A DNA stretch of 64,000 bases from an uncultured delta proteobacterium (lineage in GTDB: Bacteria; Myxococcota_A; Polyangia; Fen-1088), in the NCBI GenBank assembly GCA_963737265.1, contig CAVTRY010000012.1:320001-384000 (forward strand), read 5' to 3'. The translations under genes were made by a program, and so were the position numbers. Positions 56,610-64,000 of this stretch are shown in pieces (within the stretch, counting starts at the first letter, position 1; each line of letters opens with the position of its first letter). The notes under the pieces were generated by a model. That model had not been told where the DNA came from and did no database searches. It saw only the letters and a program-made list of their open reading frames with translations.

Positions 56610-57242
56610 CTACTTCCTGCGCACGGGAAAACTGGCGGGAATGATAGGGCCGCGCCCTGTCAGCCTTTCTTCCGAAATGCCATGATCATACCGTTCCAGA
56701 TGAACGGAATTGGGCGACCAGCCCCGATGAACTGCACATTTGATGTGGCCGCCGTCCCAGAGTGCGGTAAGCGAACGATCAATTCTGTTGGTTACGGCGA
56801 GCAAGATGTTCTTCACGTAGCCCCAGTACGGCGTCGTGACAATCACGAGTCCCCCTGGGACCAACGCTTCCTTGGAACGCTGAACGAAGGTTCTCGGGCT
56901 GTACAGGTGTTCGATCACTTCCACCGAAACGACGGCGTCGAAGGACTGGACGCTGGGGAATGCTGCTCGGTAGTCGTCGTAGACCGACCAATTTGCAAAA
57001 TGGCAGGACGGGTAGCGCTCCTTCGCCCGCAGGATTCCGCCGTCGGAAAGATCGAGTCCGTACATCTCGAAGCCGGCTTCAAGGAGGCTTTGAGTGAAAT
57101 TCCCATCGCCGCAGCCCGCATCGAGCACTCGGTGGATCCTCGGTTCTTGCCGAAGGAGGTTGACGATGTTCCGTAGATACATCGCCTGATGAGGCGGATC
57201 GGGCGATGCGTAGTCGGAATAGGTGTAGTTCGCTTCGGTCAT
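56610..57242 (-). CDS. Class I SAM methyltransferase, probably 3'-truncated after WDGGHIK
   Basis: VLDAGCGDG, FDAVVSVEVIEHL, TTPYWGY; an unrelated-looking tail follows from about 56738. Confidence 0.75.
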   Translation of the reverse strand: MTEANYTYSDYASPDPPHQAMYLRNIVNLLRQEPRIHRVLDAGCGDGNFTQSLLEAGFEMYGLDLSDGGILRAKERYPSCHFANWSVYDDYRAAFPSVQSFDAVVSVEVIEHLYSPRTFVQRSKEALVPGGLVIVTTPYWGYVKNILLAVTNRIDRSLTALWDGGHIKCAVHRGWSPNSVHLERYDHGISEERLTGRGPIIPASFPVRRK

Positions 57243-57566
57243 CCGGGTATTCCTTCGCGGCGTTTGCGTCGCCATTTCGTTCTAACCCGCTCGCGCGTCG
57301 ATTGACTACCTTGCCGGCGGCGCCCGCGACGAGGGTATTCGTAAGCTCGTCGCGTCGTGGTTCATCGACTTTTCCCCCACCCGGCAAGCCCGGCCTAAAG
57401 GAACGGCCAGGTCCGAAACGGCTTGATACAAGTTGACGTTCACCCTAGAAGAAGCCAGCTAACCCATCTATGGGACGGGGAATCATGGAAACAAAGTGCG
57501 GCGGCAGAGCATTCAGAGGCACGGCTGGAGTCTGTCTACCCGAGTCCGGCCCCAGGAGCCAATGAG

Positions 57567-58490
57567 ATGAGGTTTCTAGGCAGCTTGCGCGAGTTCGAAT
57601 CTAGCTTGAAGCTGGTGGTCCGCGGTTATGCCACCCATCCCATGTCCCGCTGGGCACCCTTGCGCGTCGCGCTTAACATGATTAGCTGGCAATTCCGAGC
57701 GCGTATCGACCCAGGCGACCACGAGGTGAAATGGATCGACGGGACCCGCCTGCTCGTTCGCCGCGGGATGACAGGGGCCACCGGCAACGTCTACTACGGT
57801 CTGGCCGAATTTCATGACATGGCGTTTATGCTGCACCTGCTCCGGCCCGAGGATCTGTTCGTTGATGTAGGGGCAAATATTGGGGCCTATTCGGTCCTGG
57901 CCGCGGGAATATGCGGATCGCATGTCGTAGCAATAGAGCCCATTCACGCCACCTGGGTGAGGTTGAACGTGAATCTAGACTTGAATGATCTCCGCTCGCG
58001 GGTGGAGGTCATTGAGGCCTGCATCGGCGATTGTATCGGCTCGGTTCGCATGACCAGAGACCTCGACACGATGAATCGCATCGTTTCGGACGGCGAGATC
58101 GACCCGCCTTACCATGTTGAGGTACCCATGCGGACTCTCGACCAGATTCTTGAGGGGAGGTCGCCCCTACTCATCAAGATCGACACCGAAGGATTCGAAG
58201 GGAATGTTCTGCTCGGCGCCAGACACACCCTGCTATCGCCGTCCCTGCTTGCAGTGAGCGTCGAAGGTGACGCATCGAAGAGCTATCCAAGCCTGGATGG
58301 CCTTACGATTGCCGGTTGGATGAGCAATTTCAATTTCGTTCCCGTCTCATATGACGGCGCCACACGTACCGTCTCGACAGATCCGTTGGCCTTCCCCATG
58401 CGGAACTTGTTGTTCGCCCGGAATCTTGAGGAATGCAAACGTCGACTGGCGTCGGCGCGATCGGTCCGGGTCCTGGGTACGCCGGTGTGA
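57567..58490 (+). CDS. FkbM-family methyltransferase
   Basis: FVDVGANIG, AIEP, IKIDTEGFE. Confidence 0.9.
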   Translation: MRFLGSLREFESSLKLVVRGYATHPMSRWAPLRVALNMISWQFRARIDPGDHEVKWIDGTRLLVRRGMTGATGNVYYGLAEFHDMAFMLHLLRPEDLFVDVGANIGAYSVLAAGICGSHVVAIEPIHATWVRLNVNLDLNDLRSRVEVIEACIGDCIGSVRMTRDLDTMNRIVSDGEIDPPYHVEVPMRTLDQILEGRSPLLIKIDTEGFEGNVLLGARHTLLSPSLLAVSVEGDASKSYPSLDGLTIAGWMSNFNFVPVSYDGATRTVSTDPLAFPMRNLLFARNLEECKRRLASARSVRVLGTPV

Positions 58491-58530
58491 GCCCAACAAT
58501 TTGAAGGTTGTCTTGCCTAGCACAGGCCAG

Positions 58531-59670
58531 ATGCATCAGAAGAACGCACGCCAATGGCTCCTTCTCGGTGGCGCACTGTCAGGGTACACCTTTGAGCTTT
58601 TTGAGACCGTTGCCGAGTTGGGCGGCGTGGACGTCCGCTTTCTCTATTGCCCACTCGACAGCCTCCCATCGTTCCAGCACGAACAGACGGGCGGTCTTTC
58701 GGCTGGTCGACTTTGGTGGGATAGGGCGGGATGGTCCGAGATACGAAGATTCGTCCGTGAGCCAGCGCCAGATGCTGTCTTCGTGTACGGCAATCTCCCC
58801 CGCATCAAGATGGCCTACGCTCTTTCCCAGATCCCCGGAGGCGTGCCCGTGTACTACGCAGCAGACACCAATATCGCTTCCCTTGCTGCGTCCCGCTGGA
58901 AGACTCGGATCAGACGGCTGGCTTGTCTGCAAGTGGCGCGAAGAGCTGTTGCGGCGCTGAGCCTTGGAAAGAGCAATCGATCCGCTCTGCAGTTGCTCGG
59001 GTTCAGGCGCGTTATCGACCTGCCATCTTATGCCGTCGACTTCGAGGCCCTGGACCGCGCGTCCGCGGAAACGATTGCACGCGATATTCCGGATGATCGA
59101 CGAAAACTCACGCTCCTGATCATCGCTCGGCTTGTGCCTGCGAAGAACCTACCGGCACTAGCCGCCGCCCTGGCGGCAGATCCAGGGTTGGCGAGCAATG
59201 TTCGGCTCATCATCGCCGGAGAGGGCCCAGATCGGATTGCCTTGGAAACAATCAAGGCCCGTTACCCGAACCTGGATCTTGAGATCCTCGGGGCTGTACC
59301 ACATTCGCAGGTCGGCCGGCTCTTCGCTGCCGCTGATGTTTTTCTCCTGCCGTCGCGGGTTGAACCCTGGGGCATCGTGGTGGTCGAAGCTCTTGGCATG
59401 GGAGTACCGGTCATAGCGACTCCGGAGGTTGGGGCTGCGGTCAGCCTCGCAGACGAGACGCATGCAGTCCTTCTTTCAAAATCCGCCGATCCTGATGACC
59501 TGCTGGCGATGATCCGTGTCTTCAAAGAGCGTCGGGCGTCGATCTCACAACTTGCTCGATTGGCGGCTTCAGGAATTCGGTCGCACTACGGAAGACGCGC
59601 GGTCGCCGGTGCACACCTGCAACTCGTCTACGGGCCGTTCGAAAGATTCGGCAAGTCCACGCTCGGTTGA
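58531..59670 (+). CDS. GT4 glycosyltransferase
   Basis: ARLVPAKN, AGEGP, EPWGIVVVEALGMG; start uncertain. Confidence 0.85.
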   Translation: MHQKNARQWLLLGGALSGYTFELFETVAELGGVDVRFLYCPLDSLPSFQHEQTGGLSAGRLWWDRAGWSEIRRFVREPAPDAVFVYGNLPRIKMAYALSQIPGGVPVYYAADTNIASLAASRWKTRIRRLACLQVARRAVAALSLGKSNRSALQLLGFRRVIDLPSYAVDFEALDRASAETIARDIPDDRRKLTLLIIARLVPAKNLPALAAALAADPGLASNVRLIIAGEGPDRIALETIKARYPNLDLEILGAVPHSQVGRLFAAADVFLLPSRVEPWGIVVVEALGMGVPVIATPEVGAAVSLADETHAVLLSKSADPDDLLAMIRVFKERRASISQLARLAASGIRSHYGRRAVAGAHLQLVYGPFERFGKSTLG

Positions 59671-59680
59671 ATGGCGCCAC

Positions 59681-60916
59681 ATGCGCGTGCTTTTTCTCGC
59701 TACGTACTTTCCACGACCGAGCATTCCCCTCGCGGGAACATGGGCACTCGAACAGGCCAAGGCGTTGGCGGATGTCGTCGACCTCGAAGTGGCGTGCTGC
59801 ACGCCATGGGTACCAGCGGCGTTCGGGATGTTCAGGCGGGCTCGTCCTTGGATCCATGTGCCATCGGTGCACCGCTGGGATCGCGTTACGGCGCGATATT
59901 ACAAGACACTCTACTATCCAGTTCCGCCGTTCAACGCGTGGTCCTTCCCGGATCCTTCCCGCCAGATGTCGCTGGCGTGGCTGTCGGTGCGCGAGCGTCT
60001 GCTCGGGGCAATTGAGCGGTTTCACCCTGACGTCCTCTTCTGTCACCACACGGCCGTCAACGGCTATTTCGCGAGCCGCTTGCGCCCCCTCACTGGTCTG
60101 CCCTATGTGGTCACGGATCATGACTTCGATGAGATATCTCGGTGCATGGTCTTCCCCGGACGCCGGGCCTTCTTCGAGGCGATTCTTCGCGGGGCTTATC
60201 GCCACCTCAGTGTCTCGCGGCGCATGGAGGCGGACGTACGGCGCCTATTTCCCTTTGTTGCGGCCGAAACCCTGTTCAATGGAATCAACCTGCCGACGCA
60301 GGAAAGACCTCCGGTTCCGAGGCCGCCAGAAATACGCGACCGGCTTGTCGTGTTCAGCTCAGGCATGTTCACCGAGCGCAAGGGACTTGTCCTTCTCATC
60401 GAGGCCTTTGCTCGCGTGGCATCCAAACACCCAACGGCGGTTCTTCGCATTGCTGGCGACGGTCGCCTGCGCCAGACGATTGAGGCGACCATCTCGCGGT
60501 GCCGGCTGCAAGATCGCGTGACTCTGCTCGGACTTGTGCCCCACGAAGACATGTTCCGCGAATTCGGCTGGTGCGACCTGTTCGCCCTAGTGAGCTGGGA
60601 TGAGCCCTTTGGCGTCGTCTATGTGGAGGCGATGAGCTCAGGGAAATCCATCATCGCATGTACCGATTGTGGAATCGCCGACATCGTCCAAGATGGCGTC
60701 CACGGCCTGCTCGTTCCGCCCAAGGATGCGGAAGGCGCCGCCTCGGCACTCGACCGTTTGTTGACTTCCGAGTCGGACCGGCAACGCATGGGCAGCCAGG
60801 CCAAGACCTTGGCCCACGACCGCCTGACCTGGGCAGCCAACACCAGTCGCTTAGTCGCAACTTTCGAAGCTAGCCGCGCTCAAGGCTCGGCGACGGCCTT
60901 GCCCAGGTCCCGGTAG
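59681..60916 (+). CDS. GT4 glycosyltransferase
   Basis: MRVLFLATYFP, RKG, AGDG, EPFGVVYVEAMSSG. Confidence 0.9.
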   Translation: MRVLFLATYFPRPSIPLAGTWALEQAKALADVVDLEVACCTPWVPAAFGMFRRARPWIHVPSVHRWDRVTARYYKTLYYPVPPFNAWSFPDPSRQMSLAWLSVRERLLGAIERFHPDVLFCHHTAVNGYFASRLRPLTGLPYVVTDHDFDEISRCMVFPGRRAFFEAILRGAYRHLSVSRRMEADVRRLFPFVAAETLFNGINLPTQERPPVPRPPEIRDRLVVFSSGMFTERKGLVLLIEAFARVASKHPTAVLRIAGDGRLRQTIEATISRCRLQDRVTLLGLVPHEDMFREFGWCDLFALVSWDEPFGVVYVEAMSSGKSIIACTDCGIADIVQDGVHGLLVPPKDAEGAASALDRLLTSESDRQRMGSQAKTLAHDRLTWAANTSRLVATFEASRAQGSATALPRSR

Positions 60917-61962
60917 ACATCGTCCCGAACCTGTCGCGCCCGGTCGATGGCTTCGTGGCCATCCCGTTGTAGCCGCGCGTGGCCCGCGGCTGCGACACGC
61001 GCGCGCGCAGATTCGTTGTCGAGGTAATGGCGGATCTTTGTAAGCATCTCAGTGGGGCTGCGGAAGTACTCGGCTTCGACGCCCTCGGTGAACATTTCCG
61101 CCAGATCCGGAGTGTACTGCGCGAGCATGAACGTTCCAGCAGCCGGGATCTCGAAGCAGCGACGGGTGTAGGTATCGCGATTGAGTCCAGAAAAGAACGC
61201 CAACGCGATCTTCGTACCGTTGACGGCGAGATTGTAGTCTTCCTTGCCCAGGATTCCAACCCGGCCGAATCGTTGCTCGATTCGGGGAAAGAGTGGCGAG
61301 CGGTCCCAGAGCGGCCCCCAGAGGCGAAAGTCTACCTCCGGCACATCGAGCAGGACCGAGATGTAGTCGTCGCGGCCGTCCGACTCCCAGTGGCCGCAAA
61401 ATGAAACGTCGCTACAAGATTCCGCGGAAAGAGGTCGCTGGATGGGATGGTTCAACTCGCGGACAAAGAACGAACGAAGCTGACCGACACACTTGCAACC
61501 CGCGCGCGCGAAGTCCTCGACGTTGCTTCGCCGGTAGGCATAGAGTCGGTCATAAATGGGAATGGACCACCGAAAGTGCTGCCAGACGTACCAGGGGTAC
61601 GCCGATGAAAACGGATTGTCGTTGTGCCAGCCCACCAGATGAACCCCCCGCTGCCTGATTGCGGCCAGTGTGGAAGGCCAAGCCAGACCACCGCGGAACA
61701 GGAACAGGACATCGGGCCTCAATTCCTCCACTCTGCGCAGCAGCTCTAGGTTCAAACGCAGTACGCTGGGCCCCAGGAGCAGCCGAAATTGAGCGCGCAC
61801 CCATCGTCTTCTGTAGGCAGCCCAAGGGCCCCCTGAAACAGGCAGCTGGCAGAAATGGGACTCTTTGAAGGCAAATACTTCTTCGCCCAGCTGAGCCAGA
61901 CGGTTGTAGATGGGCTCGGCGTAGATATGCGTGCTCCAGTCCTCTGCGAGCAGCCACTTCAT
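60880..61962 (-). CDS. CgeB-like (Glyco_trans_1_2) glycosyltransferase
   Basis: NDNPF, DVSFCGHWE, NRDTYTRRCFEIPAAG, IRHYL; its 3' end overlaps the convergent gene. Confidence 0.88.
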   Translation of the reverse strand: MKWLLAEDWSTHIYAEPIYNRLAQLGEEVFAFKESHFCQLPVSGGPWAAYRRRWVRAQFRLLLGPSVLRLNLELLRRVEELRPDVLFLFRGGLAWPSTLAAIRQRGVHLVGWHNDNPFSSAYPWYVWQHFRWSIPIYDRLYAYRRSNVEDFARAGCKCVGQLRSFFVRELNHPIQRPLSAESCSDVSFCGHWESDGRDDYISVLLDVPEVDFRLWGPLWDRSPLFPRIEQRFGRVGILGKEDYNLAVNGTKIALAFFSGLNRDTYTRRCFEIPAAGTFMLAQYTPDLAEMFTEGVEAEYFRSPTEMLTKIRHYLDNESARARVAAAGHARLQRDGHEAIDRARQVRDDVYRDLGKAVAEP

Positions 61963-62020
61963 TGGGTTCGACCCCTCTTCATGACCACGGAGAACAGAGT
62001 TCTATGATCCAAGGCGTCAC

Positions 62021-62890
62021 TCAAGAACTTCCACAGGTCACCACGGCATCTCCCACCTCGGAACCTCTGTTTATCGACTCTAGCAGGCACATGTGTCCCC
62101 GTTCTTTCCGGAAGAAAGTTACGTCGTGTGTGCCGTCATCGCGCGATCGACCTATCTGCAGAATTCCACCCTCGACGATCGAGTCGAGTATTGCCGTCAG
62201 GGCCTTCAATATCTGCTCATCAGAAAACCAGAGATTCCTGTTGAGTACATTCATGCAACGTACGTACGTGAACCGGTCGACTATTCTGCTTTGAAAGACA
62301 TCGTAGTCAATGCTCCTTAGCCGACCCTGTCGCAGATACTCAACCGTTCTCGGATCGAATAGGCAAATCTCCTTCAGCTGCTTGTCGAACGGCGGCATCC
62401 TCTCCAGAAGGCCATAGAGTATCTTTGCCACGGGGTAGCTCCTGCTCAATTCCTTGTCGGCGACCAGTGAAAAGAGATACCCATAGAGGAGCCTCCGATC
62501 AGCATCGAAGATTCGGACAACCTGCCTGCCGGTGTAGTAGTAGCGGGTATATTTGTCGGAGATGTAGTACTCGACATTCAGCTTCGAAAAGACGGCATCA
62601 TAGAAGTCGCACGAGGTGACGCCACTTGAGACGCCAATGTCGTGTACGATATTAGGCCCGTGAGCGCTAACGTACCGTGCGGCAACGCCATCGAGGTCCG
62701 CAAATCGCCCGGCTGCCGTTGTCTTACCGTGCCGCTCTTCGGTGGTCATGTTCGAAATGATTGCGTTTCGGAGTGCGGAGTCGTTTACGCAGCCGATATC
62801 CGAAATGTTGAAAACCAAAAGCTTCGACAGCCATCTGTTGGAGTAGGCAAGTCGAATCAGTTTTTGATTTCTGGTTGCAATCTTGAGCAT
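62021..62890 (-). CDS. SAM-methyltransferase-fold hypothetical protein
   Basis: KTTAAGRF, HDIGVSSG, VRCMNVLN, EGGILQIG. Confidence 0.65.
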   Translation of the reverse strand: MLKIATRNQKLIRLAYSNRWLSKLLVFNISDIGCVNDSALRNAIISNMTTEERHGKTTAAGRFADLDGVAARYVSAHGPNIVHDIGVSSGVTSCDFYDAVFSKLNVEYYISDKYTRYYYTGRQVVRIFDADRRLLYGYLFSLVADKELSRSYPVAKILYGLLERMPPFDKQLKEICLFDPRTVEYLRQGRLRSIDYDVFQSRIVDRFTYVRCMNVLNRNLWFSDEQILKALTAILDSIVEGGILQIGRSRDDGTHDVTFFRKERGHMCLLESINRGSEVGDAVVTCGSS

Positions 62891-62910
62891 TGGAAACGCC
62901 TTCTGTTCTG

Positions 62911-63804
62911 CTAGATTCTGATCCACTGGGGCGGGATCAAGTCGGATGAGTCGATTGCTGGGTCGCGGAACCAGTTTGTCGGGCATACAACTATCTTGTC
63001 TTCCGAGGAAGCCAACCACGCCGCCCACCAGGCAAACGTACTGTTGGGAATCAGGAAGTGCTTGCAGCGTGACATCAACGCAAGTTCCTCGCCGAACTTG
63101 TATCCCTTGTATTCCTGGCCCAAGATCGTTGTCGGGTAGTCGAACCGTAGGTTTTCCTTGCACCACTCTACGTCGTCGGATGTGATGAAGATGTGTGGAC
63201 GCTTCAGCTTTGGGGCTATCTGCTCAACGCCGCGCTCATAGTACTCTCTGCCCACGAAACCGTGCGTGTCAATCGCGGACTGAACGGTCACATAGTCCGT
63301 CCTCCGAACGTTCACGGAGAGACTGTCGGTGGCGTCCATGTGGGCCGCTAGCCGTTCTCCTGCAGGCGAAAGGGGGCGCTTGACCTGGAACTCCGTGCGT
63401 AGAATGGCCTCGGCGCCCGCAAAATACTTTGGGCTTTGCCAGTAGCCGTCGAGATAGACGTTGCCTTTCGCATCCAGTACTTCGGGAAGAAACGCGACGG
63501 GCCCAAGGATGCGTCGCCGGAATCCCACCGAATCTTGCAGCCAAGCCAAGGCCGAAGAACCTCGCATATACAGAAGTGGAACAGGCAGGTGGCGTGCGAG
63601 GTAGGACAGCAGGGTGAGGCGAGGTTGGATGCGGAAGATGTCGAGATTGTATTCCCTAAATACAGCGTTGTTTCGCGGGAACCGATCCAGAAGGCTGGTG
63701 AGGTCGAGGGCCAGCTCGCCTCCAGTGCGTCGCTGTAGCTCTCGTCCGGCGGCGTACTGGAACATTTGATTGCCGAGCCCACCCTGGAGTTTGACAACTA
63801 TCAT
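62911..63804 (-). CDS. Alpha-1,2-fucosyltransferase (GT11)
   Basis: GGLGNQMFQYA, GYWQS, VRRTDY, SDD..W, NSTFAWWAAWL. Confidence 0.92.
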   Translation of the reverse strand: MIVVKLQGGLGNQMFQYAAGRELQRRTGGELALDLTSLLDRFPRNNAVFREYNLDIFRIQPRLTLLSYLARHLPVPLLYMRGSSALAWLQDSVGFRRRILGPVAFLPEVLDAKGNVYLDGYWQSPKYFAGAEAILRTEFQVKRPLSPAGERLAAHMDATDSLSVNVRRTDYVTVQSAIDTHGFVGREYYERGVEQIAPKLKRPHIFITSDDVEWCKENLRFDYPTTILGQEYKGYKFGEELALMSRCKHFLIPNSTFAWWAAWLASSEDKIVVCPTNWFRDPAIDSSDLIPPQWIRI

Positions 63805-63847
63805 CTGTCGGTCCTTAGAGTCGCGTTCCCCGCTGACCGCCAGGGGG

Positions 63848-64000
63848 CTAGGGTGAGAGGCTGTTGAGAGTGGCTTGAAGCAACTCCCCTTCCACAGCGA
63901 GCCCCCTGCCCGCGAGGTTGACAGAGCCGCCAGGATCTCGCTCGATATTGCGGAGCATCCGGAAGTCATCGCGGAATTCGTATATAAGCTGCCAAGGATA
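63848..64000 (-). CDS. C-terminus of a possible sulfatase-like protein (partial)
   Basis: YPWQLIY...LRNIERDPGGSVNLA resembles the sulfatase L.nl..DP.E..NLA tail. Confidence 0.4.
   Translation of the reverse strand, partial: YPWQLIYEFRDDFRMLRNIERDPGGSVNLAGRGLAVEGELLQATLNSLSP

Overview
This is GC-rich bacterial DNA. The many lipoproteins with Gly/Ser/Thr linkers and the Cys-rich repeat proteins suggest a myxobacterium (Polyangia-like; inference). (1) 1-16.3 kb: secreted or lipid-anchored glycan-active proteins: GH54 arabinofuranosidase, GH5, an unassigned hydrolase-like protein, two DUF1080-like paralogs plus a remnant of a third, and a PQQ-like beta-propeller gene split by a 189-bp ISAs1-type MITE. 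A TPR + Cys-rich lipoprotein pair also lies here. (2) 16.3-22.3 kb: transposase and RelE remnants, a STAS-like gene, a beta-propeller/beta-propeller/beta-barrel operon, and a GxxExxY gene enclosed by a 24-bp inverted repeat. (3) uvrA, whose 3' end reappears twice downstream (one direct copy, one inverted). (4) 25-55 kb: an island with no integrase in the window. It holds about ten toxin-antitoxin/nucleotidyltransferase modules, three AAA_14-DUF4143 ATPases, an ECF sigma module and glycosyltransferases. More than ten short gene remnants are interleaved, most with an intact, slightly diverged counterpart elsewhere in the window. Many modules start from leaderless-type promoters, several with palindromic operators. 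(5) 55.8-64 kb: surface-polysaccharide methyltransferases and glycosyltransferases. No rRNA, tRNA, CRISPR array or intact integrase/transposase was seen. All family calls come from motif recognition by eye, not database searches.
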